Below are positions 10,375 through 20,467 of a stretch of DNA of 32,000 nt, one piece after another. Both the position numbers and the translations under genes were made by a program. Source of the DNA: Nitrososphaeraceae archaeon (GTDB lineage: Archaea > Thermoproteota > Nitrososphaeria > Nitrososphaerales > Nitrososphaeraceae); assembly GCA_035250975.1 (NCBI GenBank), contig DATFEP010000064.1:63811-95810 (forward strand), given 5' to 3'. The notes under the pieces are model-generated. The model saw only the letters and a program-made list of their open reading frames with translations, was not told the origin of the DNA and did no database searches. The first letter of the stretch is position 1; each line of letters starts with the position of its first letter.

Positions 10375-11913
10375 ATGAAATTTAAGGCTAAAATACTCGG
10401 TATAGAATCTGGGGGAAGACCTGTGATCACTTTGAGTAAGGATGATGCCTATGAGCTCGGAATAAGGAGCGGAGAACGGGTTAAACTTTTGTACGAAAAT
10501 AAAGAAATGATTGTAATAGTTAATATTGTTACTAAATCCGTTCCAAAAGGAATTGCAGGGATTTATGATGAGTTGAGAACAATCGGAAACATTAAGGAAA
10601 GCAGCGTTCTAGAGATAGAGGTAATTGATTTTCCTCAGTCCATTTATTTTATACAAAACAAATTGAAAAAAAGCAAGTTAAATTACAAGGAGATTTTTGA
10701 GATAATAAAAGATGTTGTAAATGGAAATCTAAATGAATTCGAAATTGCAGCTTTCTTGACTGCACTTGATCATCAGGGATTGGATATTGATGAAGCAACT
10801 AGCCTCACACTGGCAATGGTAGAGACAGGAAAAAAGTTGGAAATAGCAAATAAGCCAATATGTGATAAGCATTCCATCGGCGGAGTCCCTGGAGATAAAA
10901 CCACGCTTCTGGTAGTTCCTATAATTGCTGCGGCAGGATTAACTATTCCAAAGACTTCCTCTCGTGCTATAACTTCCGCTAGCGGAACTGCAGATAGGGC
11001 TGAAATCCTCATGCCAGTTAATCTTACGACTGAGCACATGAAAATGGTAATAGAAAAAACTAATGGGTGTATTGTATGGGGAGGATCTCTAGAATTAGCA
11101 CCTGCAGATGATAAATTTATTCAAGTTGAATATCCTCTTTCCATCGATCCTCTGCTACTACCTTCAATCATGGCGAAGAAAAAGGCTGTCGGAGCAAATT
11201 ATTTGGTATTAGATATACCTTCTGGACGTGGAACAAAAGTAAAAACAACTGGTGATGCAGATCTAATGGCTAAAGAGTTCATGGAGCTTGGAAAAAGATT
11301 GGAAATAAAAACTCAATCAATAATATCATTTGGTGAACAACCCATAGGTAATACCATTGGACCTGCCTTAGAGGCTCGAGAAGCACTAGAAGTACTCCAG
11401 GGAAGTAAAGTTCCTGACCTTATAGACAAAGCAATAAACATTTGTGGTTTGATATTCAGTATGGCTGGTATAGGAGGAAAGAACCTCGCGCTAGATATTT
11501 TGAAAAGCGGGAAGGCGGAGAAAAAAATGAAGGAGATAATATATAGACAAGGCGGTGATTCAGAGGTCCATATTGAGGATATAAAAATTGGAGACCATAA
11601 GCTAGAAATTCAAGCAGTAAATTCAGGAAATGTTCTGTGGTTGGATAACAATATTATTGTTACGATTGCTCGTTTGGCTGGTGCCCCAAAGGACAAGGGA
11701 GCTGGAATAATTATTCATAAAAAGATAGGACAAAAAGTGAAGAAAGATGATAAACTACTTACAATTTATTCGGAAAAGAAAAATAGGATTCATAGCGTAG
11801 AAAAAATGCTAACCGAAATAAAACCAATTCAGGTGGGTAATAGACACGAAATGATAATTCATACGTTTTTAGATATTCCCGAACCTAAAAAAACTTTCAT
11901 TTTGGAACGTTAG
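10375..11913 (+). CDS. deoA: AMP phosphorylase (thymidine phosphorylase family)
   Basis: Full-length 512-aa ORF; archaeal N-terminal domain (MKFKAKILGIESGGRPVITL), KHSIGGVPGDKTTLLVVPIIAAAG, TSSRAITSASGTADRAEILMPV, VWGGSLELAPADDKFIQVEYPL. Confidence 0.95.
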   Translation: MKFKAKILGIESGGRPVITLSKDDAYELGIRSGERVKLLYENKEMIVIVNIVTKSVPKGIAGIYDELRTIGNIKESSVLEIEVIDFPQSIYFIQNKLKKSKLNYKEIFEIIKDVVNGNLNEFEIAAFLTALDHQGLDIDEATSLTLAMVETGKKLEIANKPICDKHSIGGVPGDKTTLLVVPIIAAAGLTIPKTSSRAITSASGTADRAEILMPVNLTTEHMKMVIEKTNGCIVWGGSLELAPADDKFIQVEYPLSIDPLLLPSIMAKKKAVGANYLVLDIPSGRGTKVKTTGDADLMAKEFMELGKRLEIKTQSIISFGEQPIGNTIGPALEAREALEVLQGSKVPDLIDKAINICGLIFSMAGIGGKNLALDILKSGKAEKKMKEIIYRQGGDSEVHIEDIKIGDHKLEIQAVNSGNVLWLDNNIIVTIARLAGAPKDKGAGIIIHKKIGQKVKKDDKLLTIYSEKKNRIHSVEKMLTEIKPIQVGNRHEMIIHTFLDIPEPKKTFILER

Positions 11914-12658
11914 AAATCAATTGGGCAGGTATATATTATTTATAGTATTTAAAAGCATTGTTACTTCCAACATTCATGTTTCAAAGTAACCAATCCGAGA
12001 GATCCATAAACTCAACTCTCATGAATAGGTTTTTGGAGTAAGCTAATAGCATGGTCGAAATAATTCCCGGTATTAATAACAAAGATAATAAAGATAATAA
12101 AGAATCGTTATGACGATATTTAATGTACATATATCTAGATTGTGTATTCAAACATTGTTCGGCTTGCGACTTCTCATTATCCTCATTATTTTATAAATTG
12201 GTTAGATGCCTGGTCCCACTATTTTTAGTATGATACCTGTAATACACAAGAAGAGATACTAGCTAATAGAAAATGATTAATCTTTTAATTCCTACTCTGT
12301 TGCATATTTTTGATAATGAAGATAAGAGCTTTACATGAGCAGAATTAGTTACCTTTAGACCCTATCTTTTTTTTTACGTACCTTAAATTAGAAACCGAAT
12401 AATCTATTATTTTTTTATAAATGTTAAGATATAACAACTCTACACCAAAAAATATTAGGTTTAAAAAAATTTAAAAGGATGAAAAACATCATGAATATGA
12501 TACCAAAATAATCCTTTCCATCTTGTATTTAAAATAGATACTTGGAAACGCCATTAAAGTACATTTAACAAGAATTGACATTGTGCAGTGCAGAGCGTAT
12601 AGCCTCGATATCAGAGTAGGATACAAGTAAATAATTAAAATATGATTATTTTTTATAA

Positions 12659-13345
12659 CTATAGATATAAACCTAAAATATATCCAACTGTATATGCAAC
12701 CATAGCAGCCATTCCTCCTATCAACAATGTATAAAACCCCGAACTAATAACTGATTTATTCACGATCCTTCCCTTAATTGAGCCTATTATAAAAAAAGAT
12801 ATTCCAGTAAAAATAATAGAATAAATCAACGCGGAATTTGTTGATAAGATGGTAACATTCAGAATATATGATATAACGAAAGGAGCTAAAGGAACAAAGC
12901 CAAGTAAATTAAATGCAACAAAAGTTGTAATGGCAGCATCGAGAGGTTTCTTTGTATCATCTATCAATTCCAGTTCTTCTTTCATCATTGTATCTAGCCA
13001 AATTTTCCTTCTTGAAGTAATTATTTTGACAATGTCTTCTAATAGTGCATCTTTGAACCCTTTCTTTTCATAAATTTCTCTTATCTCTTGTTTTTCCTGT
13101 TCTGCTAAATTATCTATTTCCCACTCTTCTTTTTTTCTTTCTTTTTCAATGTACTCTCTCCTTGTTTTTACAGACAAATAATTACCAATCGACATTGAAA
13201 ATCCATCAGCGAACAGATTTGCAAATCCTAAAATGATAATAACGGCAACTGGCAAAGACGCCCCGAAAGCGCCGGTAACTATAGCAAAAGTAGTAACTGC
13301 CCCATCAGTAGCACCGTAAACAAAATCTTCTATAGACCACTTCAC
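12659..13345 (-). CDS. VIT1/CCC1 family transporter-like membrane protein
   Basis: DGAVTTFAIVTGAFGASLP, GFANLFADGFSMSIGNYLSVKTRREYIEKERKKEEWEI: typical VIT/CCC1 motifs and multiple TM helices. Confidence 0.9.
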   Translation of the reverse strand: MKWSIEDFVYGATDGAVTTFAIVTGAFGASLPVAVIIILGFANLFADGFSMSIGNYLSVKTRREYIEKERKKEEWEIDNLAEQEKQEIREIYEKKGFKDALLEDIVKIITSRRKIWLDTMMKEELELIDDTKKPLDAAITTFVAFNLLGFVPLAPFVISYILNVTILSTNSALIYSIIFTGISFFIIGSIKGRIVNKSVISSGFYTLLIGGMAAMVAYTVGYILGLYL

Positions 13346-13468
13346 ATCTGATAATACATTGAGACATTTAAAAATATTATAATCCCTTTTTGTAAAAATA
13401 ATGCCTTAAATTTCAAAATCTATACTAAACATACAAATACCTTTTTCAATTAAATACAAAAAGATTAC

Positions 13469-14941
13469 ATGTCAACTACAAGTCATCAAGGTCTTAATGT
13501 AACATCAGAACAATTAAAGAAAAAAATGGAAACAGAAGAACCATTAATAATTTTTGATATAGGAGATTTTCAAAGATATCAGTCAAAACACATCCCTGGA
13601 TCTAGTTTTGCTTCCTGTGATGAAGAGTCTAAGAGAAATATAATGCCACGGTTGCCAAAAGATATCGAGATTGTTTTGGTAGGTGACACGGATGAATATC
13701 CAAAAGAAATGGCCAAAACCATGAATTCGATGGGATTAAAAGCAAAATATCTTGAAGGAGGTTTGCAATCTTGGAAATGGGAAATGTCAAAATCGGAAGA
13801 AAAGAACTTGACACCACAAGACCTAAAAAAAATCCTCGATGAGAATACTACTGATACTACAAGAGGTAAGGAAATAATACTTTTAGATGTAAGGCAACCC
13901 CATGAATTTGAAAGTTGGCATATTGAAAACAGTCATAATATACCCCTGGAGAAAATTACATCATCTCTAAATTCTTTTGATAAAAAAAGAGAGATAGTTA
14001 CAATTTGTCCAAGGGGAAATAAAGCGATGGTAGCAAAAGCGATTCTACAAAGATATGGATTTACAGCAAGGGCATTGGCTGGCGGTTTAAGTGCATGGAC
14101 ATCTGCGATTGAAAATCCTTCTACTGAATTTGAAATTATAGATAAAAATGGAAACAAAAAAATGGTAAAAGTTGTTCAAATAAGAAGAATAGGAAAGGGA
14201 TGTTTATCTTATTTTTTATCATTTAAAGACGAGTCCATTGTTATAGATCCTGCATTCCCAGTAGAAAATTATACAGAACTTGCTAAGACAAGTGAATCGA
14301 AAATTATCAAGATTTTTGACACCCATCAACACGCAGATCACATATCTGCAGGAAAATCATTGGCTGATAAAACAGGAGCAGAGTATTATGTCAGCGATCT
14401 AGAGGAATATTCTCAAGAAAGCATGGGATCAAATATTAAGAAGATAAAGCAAGGTGATATTGAAAAGATAGACGAGATAGAAATTAAAATATTAAACACC
14501 CCTGGACACACAAATGGTAGTCTCTGTTTTCTAGTAGGTTCAAAACTTTTGTTTACAGGAGATACTCTCTTTGTTGATGGAATAGGTAGACCCGATCTTA
14601 GAGATAAAGCAGTTGAATATTCAAAATTGCTCTATAACACTCTGCATAACAAGGTCTTGACTTTGGATGAAAATATAGTTGTACTTCCGGCTCATACACA
14701 AAAAAGTATTACTTCAAAAATTTTATTATCAGGATTTTTGAAAGATATAAAAAATAATAATAAAGACTTATTTTTGTTAGGTGAAAAAGAATTTGTAGAT
14801 ACTATTGCGTCACTAACAATACCTACTCCCCCCTCGTACAAAGATATAATAGCTATAAATAAATATTTCAAGGCAAAAGATATGGATATTAGCAAGATTA
14901 ATGAATTAGAATTTGGTCCTAACAGATGCATTATTAAATGA
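13469..14941 (+). CDS. Double rhodanese-like domain plus metallo-beta-lactamase (persulfide-dioxygenase-like) protein
   Basis: Two rhodanese segments (second with VTICPRGNKAM), then MBL motifs THQHADH, NTPGHTNGS, LFTGDTLFVDGIGRPDL, VLPAHTQ. Confidence 0.92.
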   Translation: MSTTSHQGLNVTSEQLKKKMETEEPLIIFDIGDFQRYQSKHIPGSSFASCDEESKRNIMPRLPKDIEIVLVGDTDEYPKEMAKTMNSMGLKAKYLEGGLQSWKWEMSKSEEKNLTPQDLKKILDENTTDTTRGKEIILLDVRQPHEFESWHIENSHNIPLEKITSSLNSFDKKREIVTICPRGNKAMVAKAILQRYGFTARALAGGLSAWTSAIENPSTEFEIIDKNGNKKMVKVVQIRRIGKGCLSYFLSFKDESIVIDPAFPVENYTELAKTSESKIIKIFDTHQHADHISAGKSLADKTGAEYYVSDLEEYSQESMGSNIKKIKQGDIEKIDEIEIKILNTPGHTNGSLCFLVGSKLLFTGDTLFVDGIGRPDLRDKAVEYSKLLYNTLHNKVLTLDENIVVLPAHTQKSITSKILLSGFLKDIKNNNKDLFLLGEKEFVDTIASLTIPTPPSYKDIIAINKYFKAKDMDISKINELEFGPNRCIIK

Positions 14942-14959
14942 GGATGTGATAATATACAT

Positions 14960-15358
14960 ATGAAAAATTTTGTTGTTATGTCACTTTGGATGATATTCTT
15001 ATCGTCATCATTAACATCATTATCATTGATAAATGTAAGTGCTCAGACAGAACCTAAAGTAAATGTCATGTATGAATGCGGAACAATGGACATTAACACT
15101 CAATTAAATGTGAACGGGTTCGAACCGAATAGTAGTGTGTCTTGGAAAGTTATTACTCCTACCGATGAAACAGGTGCGATATTTGGATACTTTGATACGA
15201 ATAGCACTGGAGGATTCAAAGAATTTACTCATCTATCGGAATTAAAGGACGCAGATTATTCAGTTCAATTCTTTGATGATGCTGATAAGGATGGCCTTCC
15301 AGATAAAGGAAAGAAAATATTTACTGCTAAAATGTCTCCTCCAGTTCCATGTAAATAA
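14960..15358 (+). CDS. Secreted hypothetical protein
   Basis: Signal-peptide-like N-terminus (VVMSLWMIFLSSSLTSLSLINVSAQ), 132 aa, acidic DDADKDGLPD loop. Confidence 0.75.
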   Translation: MKNFVVMSLWMIFLSSSLTSLSLINVSAQTEPKVNVMYECGTMDINTQLNVNGFEPNSSVSWKVITPTDETGAIFGYFDTNSTGGFKEFTHLSELKDADYSVQFFDDADKDGLPDKGKKIFTAKMSPPVPCK

Positions 15359-15789
15359 TCTAGATTAAATGGCTAGAAATTTTTTATTAATTCATCTAGA
15401 TTTTGTCAAAATTTGTTTTTTAAAAAGAGATATCAATTATTTCAAAGTTTTTAGAATGAATTAACATAAAAATCTTTATCATAAAATAAATAAATAAATT
15501 AAAACAATTGAAAGCATCTGAACTGTATAATCGCCAATAAATAAAAAGTGACTGCCGCCAGAAAGGCAACACCTTTGATTAGATTCATTGCTAAAGACAT
15601 ACATCAAATTTGAAGAATTATCAAAAGAAACTGACACATAGGAAGCATCTAAATTCAAAGGATATAGAAGATACAAAGAAACTATTGACCTTATTTGCTT
15701 GAATACCTTACATCAGCAGCACTTGATTTTTTTCCCCAACAAATTGAAGCCTAGAAGAGATGACAACAAGAGATTTTATTTAGCACATT

Positions 15790-15972
15790 TTATTTTTTCA
15801 GATTAGTTGCCGAAAAGTGATTTGAATGAGTATTAATATGCTCATCACAATAATAATTATTACATTCGGGGCATTGTGATGAAGGTACTTTCGTACATCC
15901 TCTCATTGCACATTTTAATCCATGTAGGGGTCGTCCTCTGGTCTCGTCCCATAAATCAGCTATGGCGCCCAT
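15790..15972 (-). CDS. Small cross-brace zinc-finger protein (AN1/B-box-like)
   Basis: 60-aa ORF: C-x4-C-x7-C-x2-C-x4-C-x2-H-x3-H-x2-H spacing in CAMRGCTKVPSSQCPECNNYYCDEHINTHSNH. Confidence 0.75.
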   Translation of the reverse strand: MGAIADLWDETRGRPLHGLKCAMRGCTKVPSSQCPECNNYYCDEHINTHSNHFSATNLKK

Positions 15973-16091
15973 ATAATTAATTAGATACGATGCTATTTAA
16001 ACAAATTTGAATAATAAAGTTAAAACAATTTACGGATCACATATTTTAAAATTTATTAAATTAATTATTTTTTAGGTAAACAATTCTCTTT

Positions 16092-16586
16092 TTATGTAGA
16101 CAGTTTATTGTTTGAATTTATTTCGACATTTATTGTCCAGATCATAAATGGATGGATAGCACATATATAACTATAAACTCCTTCACGTTCGAAGGTATAT
16201 TCAAATTTGTCTCCCGGAAATAACATGTTTGAATCAAATAGCGAACTAGGTACTGAAATATTTTTCGAGTAATTTGAATTTATATTAGGATCGTTATCTG
16301 AAACCTCGACAGTGTTAACAGTATGAATTGTGCTATCCTCATTTATCCATTCAACAGTGTCATCAATATGAATATTGGTTGGGTCTGGTATAAAATGTGG
16401 AACAGTATCGGTGCCTGCACCTTGAGGAATAGTTATAATAACTTTTTGATTCATTGCATAAGAACTAGTAAACAAACTGCAAAAAAAGAATAATAATACT
16501 AATAAAAGAATAATATTATATGTCATAAGGGAGCATTGAGTACTTATTGTATTATTAACATTTCTCCTAATAAGGACCATGAGCAA
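16092..16586 (-). CDS. Membrane-anchored cupredoxin (plastocyanin-like) protein
   Basis: N-terminal TM/signal, HTVNTVE and YSYICAIHPFMIWTINV: type-1 Cu ligands H...C-x2-H-x2-M. Confidence 0.88.
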   Translation of the reverse strand: MLMVLIRRNVNNTISTQCSLMTYNIILLLVLLFFFCSLFTSSYAMNQKVIITIPQGAGTDTVPHFIPDPTNIHIDDTVEWINEDSTIHTVNTVEVSDNDPNINSNYSKNISVPSSLFDSNMLFPGDKFEYTFEREGVYSYICAIHPFMIWTINVEINSNNKLST

Positions 16587-16868
16587 GAATACACCTCATT
16601 AAAAACATCAATTTTAAAGATAATGACAATTTTATCTCGTAATTTCATTTGACAAATTTTAATTTAAAAAGATAAATAGAATAGTCATAATATCCCATAA
16701 CAATTAATCAATTCATTAATTATTTAATACTCTAACGATATTTGCTGTGAACCCCTGTCAGTGATGTGAGTACACATCCACAACGTCACCATCTTTCTTT
16801 TTTCTATTAAAGCAACTTCATTTGCAAAATTCATAAAAAAATAGTTATTACAGTCATCCGAAAATAAT

Positions 16869-17336
16869 ATGATAATGGAAGATAGCAAACATATTCCTGC
16901 CGTAGAAGATATAATGACTCCAATGCCACTAGAAGTAATTAACCTTTCTGACGACGTATATATCGCATCAAAATTAATGAAGGAAAAGCAAATCAGTTCG
17001 ATCATTGTTACAGACGAAGAAAAGCATCCAATTGGCATAATAACTGAACGTGACATAGTAAGACGGGTTGTATGCAATAAGAAAATTGCATCAAATACAT
17101 CTGTAGACTCAATTATGTCAAAACCATTGGTAACCGTTGAATCTAAAGCTAATATTGACGAAGCAGTAGCTATCATGATAAAAAACAAAATTAGGAGACT
17201 GCCTATTGTTAAGGATGGTCATTTATATGGTATTATAACTACAACCGATTTGATTAGATATATGTTTCAGAAATATGTTACCGATAAGGAAATTTTGAAA
17301 TCCCTATTAAGGTATAAGAAATACTGGGAAGAATAA
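16869..17336 (+). CDS. CBS domain-pair protein
   Basis: VEDIMTPMPLEVINLSDDVYIASKLM...GIITERDIVRRV...VDSIMSKPLVTVES...RRLPIVKDGHLYGIITTTDLIRYM. Confidence 0.92.
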   Translation: MIMEDSKHIPAVEDIMTPMPLEVINLSDDVYIASKLMKEKQISSIIVTDEEKHPIGIITERDIVRRVVCNKKIASNTSVDSIMSKPLVTVESKANIDEAVAIMIKNKIRRLPIVKDGHLYGIITTTDLIRYMFQKYVTDKEILKSLLRYKKYWEE

Positions 17337-17787
17337 TGAGAATTTAGTAAATTTTAAAACCTTTTTTTGGTGGTGTAGAAATCGATATTGCTATGAATTT
17401 CCATGTTACCATAATTATTTGCCTAACTCTCAAATTTTGCCCGTCGAAATTGAGAATTTTGTGCAAAATAATATATTAAGAAATAAACCAATAAAATGAA
17501 TTCCTAATATTCTGTAATAATTAACAAATAGTATAGTTGTTTTTATGCATATATTTTAGTGGATCTTTTGTAATATCTTAATTGCTTTTTCATTTATTTA
17601 AATCAGGTCTTTTACCATAAGTTTCTAAATCGAGAAAATAAGTAATAGTGTTTAATATGTAGGCAAACTTTAAATTTAAATTTTCATAATCATAATTTTC
17701 TAAAATGAAGAAAATGTATTAGAATAATATTAAAAATTGGAGATATTTAATAAGCTTTTTTTATCAAACAAAAAATCCTAAAATAGA

Positions 17788-18834
17788 ATGAGGATCAATA
17801 CTTGTTTAATGCACGATGGATCTTTTTTAATAAAACATTGCAGAATAGTTTCAGTGTTTCTTATATTATTTTCGATGCTTTTGAGTCAGATAATAATTGA
17901 AGAGTCATCCGCTGTTTCAAACCAAGTAGGTATTAAACAGATAACTTTAATTGCATATGAAAAGGTTCTACAAATAGCTCCAGATAATCAGTTCCATCCC
18001 GGTGGTATACTATATGAGGCGATGACATACAATGGCACTATTCCAGGTCCGACAATTGAATTAAACCAAGGCGACATTTTAAATCTAACTCTAAAGAACG
18101 CAGGTGATATAGTTCATAGCATTGATTTACACGGTATAAGCGGACCCAGCCAAGCAATATCTGGATCCTTAAAACCTGGTGAGAGTAAAACTTGGCAAAT
18201 TACGGCTGAAAACCCAGGAGTTTTTCTTTACCACTGTGATGGTGACAATCTAAATGGCATATGGGAACATATTTCAGGTGGTATGTATGGTGGTTTGGTA
18301 ATACATCCTCCACAAGAAAAACCAGCAAAAGAATTTTTTATCGCATTTAACGAAATCTACAATAATAAAGATCTAGGTTTGTTTGTTGGAAATAATAATA
18401 TAGTCGGATCATTTGATTTGACTAAATTCCTAAATAATCAGCCTGATTTGATCCTAACTAATGGGATGGCATTTAAATATTTTTCACTAATGGGAACAAT
18501 TGTTAAAATACAGTTAAATGAAAATGCAGATATGTTTAAAGTAAAAACAGGAGAATTAACTAGATGGCATATTATTAACGCAGGCCCCAGAAACGAAATT
18601 ACTTTTAATTTTGCCGGCGGAATGATAGATAAAATTAATAATAATTTTAACGGATCAGTTATTAAAAATACAGTTCCTCGAAATTACGAGGTTTCTATTC
18701 CACCCGGAGGAGGAAAAATGATAGAGACAACGTTTCCAGAAGATGGCATCTATTTTGGAAACGATCATGACATGGGAAATTTGTTAAAAGGTGTAGGGTT
18801 TATAGTTTCTGCAGAAAAAAATGAGATGAAGTAA
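17788..18834 (+). CDS. Two-domain multicopper protein, NirK-like
   Basis: TYNGTIPGPTIELNQGD, HSIDLHG, FLYHCDGDNLNGIWEHISGGMYGGLVIHP, second cupredoxin domain with INAGPRNEITFNFAGGMIDKI. Confidence 0.88.
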   Translation: MRINTCLMHDGSFLIKHCRIVSVFLILFSMLLSQIIIEESSAVSNQVGIKQITLIAYEKVLQIAPDNQFHPGGILYEAMTYNGTIPGPTIELNQGDILNLTLKNAGDIVHSIDLHGISGPSQAISGSLKPGESKTWQITAENPGVFLYHCDGDNLNGIWEHISGGMYGGLVIHPPQEKPAKEFFIAFNEIYNNKDLGLFVGNNNIVGSFDLTKFLNNQPDLILTNGMAFKYFSLMGTIVKIQLNENADMFKVKTGELTRWHIINAGPRNEITFNFAGGMIDKINNNFNGSVIKNTVPRNYEVSIPPGGGKMIETTFPEDGIYFGNDHDMGNLLKGVGFIVSAEKNEMK

Positions 18835-19086
18835 ACGCTGAAAATCACTACAATTCGTTTAAAGATAGAAAAAGACCATGTTGATTAGCTAGTTCTGTTG
18901 ACTATTAGATCGATTTCCAATGATGTGTTCTAAAACGATCAAAAAGAAGTTTTTAGAAAATTTTTCTGTTACTAGATTTCACAACATAAATAGATCCCAT
19001 ATTAAAATTTGATAATAAAAATCAATTCACTTTTATCATAAATTAGCAAACAATAACTTAAATATCTATTCATAAGATCGTTATAA

Positions 19087-19689
19087 ATGCAAAATGAAAA
19101 TAACAAAAATGAAAAAATAAACGTTGTAGGAATAAAGGTTTTGGAACAAAATGGAATTAATATAGATGAAATAACGAAATTATTGGTATATAACGCCTCA
19201 GTAGAATTTGCGGCTTATTACTATTTTACTAATTTAAGGATGCATTGTACAGGACAAGACGGAGAAAGTATTAAAGGAGTTATAGAGGATGCAAGATTAG
19301 AAGATTTAAGTCATTTTGAATCATCTTTGTCGAGAATATATGAATTGGGGGCAATACTACCTATTGATGCCCAAGATTTCATAAGGATGTCGGGTTGTGA
19401 ATTCCTTCAACTCCCTTCGCCTAACAAAACAGATTTAAAAGAAATACTACAAAAATGTTTAAAAGCGGAGCAAGGAGCTATAGTAAATTGGAATAAGTTA
19501 TGTAACCTAACTAATGGTAAAGATCCTGCAACTTACGACATAGCCAAGGATATTCTACGAGAAGAGATTGAACATGAATCTTGGTTTTTAGAGTTACTGT
19601 ATGCAAGACCATCAGGACATATGAGAAGGAAGTTTCCTGGAGAACGTCCTCACACGCATAAACACTCTAGATCATTAAATCTAGTATAA
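19087..19689 (+). CDS. Ferritin-like Dps-like protein (DPSL/thioferritin type)
   Basis: VEFAAYYYFTNLRMHCTG, EDARLEDLSHFESSLSRIYELG, MSGCEFLQLP, CLKAE (CxxxE), EEIEHESWFLELL: ferritin-like E/ExxH pattern with two Cys typical of DPSL. Confidence 0.87.
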   Translation: MQNENNKNEKINVVGIKVLEQNGINIDEITKLLVYNASVEFAAYYYFTNLRMHCTGQDGESIKGVIEDARLEDLSHFESSLSRIYELGAILPIDAQDFIRMSGCEFLQLPSPNKTDLKEILQKCLKAEQGAIVNWNKLCNLTNGKDPATYDIAKDILREEIEHESWFLELLYARPSGHMRRKFPGERPHTHKHSRSLNLV

Positions 19690-19984
19690 TGAGATAGCCG
19701 TAACACATCACAAGATAATTATTACTTTTTTTATTAATTGTCATTTTTATCTACGTTGCTTGAGACAATAACTATTAACTTTTTATATTAAAGACACATA
19801 TATTGAAATGAGTTCACAAAAATTAAAAATATATTTTAGTATACACAATAATGAAAATATGTAAGACAGATTCAGTTTCAAGCCCTCCGAGCCTGTATAC
19901 TAGTAGGGTTCAATAACATTTTTTTAACTTGGAATTTAGCATGCTTATAGCAACATTAACAGTTTCTTTAATATAGATGCGAAT

Positions 19985-20164
19985 CTATGCTAATGAAGTA
20001 TCTACTCTCAATCCATCCAAAGAAAATTCTGAACCAATAAGTTCTAACCTAAAAAGAGATTGAATATTATTTTCACCAATTTTTTGAATACCCTTTTCTA
20101 AATCAAAATATACTTCATTTATTTGCGATAACCTGTTTTCTGTTTTTAGATTGAAAAGTATCAT
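19985..20164 (-). CDS. Possible short ORF or gene remnant
   Basis: Manual translation: MILFNLKTENRLSQINEVYFDLEKGIQKIGENNIQSLFRLELIGSEFSLDGLRVDTSLA*; another frame just upstream also looks protein-like (KPHPVEMVKKYTNNSLVYDTFQSKNRKQ). Confidence 0.3.
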   Translation of the reverse strand: MILFNLKTENRLSQINEVYFDLEKGIQKIGENNIQSLFRLELIGSEFSLDGLRVDTSLA

Positions 20165-20467
20165 ATACTAAAGAATTATTTGTGTATTTTTTAACCATTT
20201 CTACAGGATGAGGTTTGTTATATTTCAATTACAAACAAACAAGAATCAAAATATTTATTTCAAATTATAGATTGATTTACTTCAAAGAATCTCAACTTGC
20301 CAGGATAAGGAACATATAAATAACTGAATACAATTGTTTATTTTTATTTTTGTGGCTTCTTTGATATTCTTATTGAAATGTTCTTGTGATCTTATAATAT
20401 GATTATCGATTTCCTGGAAGTATTGAATCATGTTTATTGACAGAATAATGAAGGAGAATTATCATCT

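Noticed and set aside
10773-11039. Minus-strand ORF inside AMP phosphorylase
   Set aside because: Antisense to highly conserved catalytic region.
16724-17188. Minus-strand 154-aa ORF overlapping the small CBS gene
   Set aside because: Plus-strand CBS motifs are unambiguous; the antisense ORF is a shadow.
19870-19925. tRNA-like fragment (CAAGCCCTCC...TAGTAGGGTTCAATAACA)
   Set aside because: No acceptor stem pairing, anticodon arm or proper T-arm could be assembled by eye.
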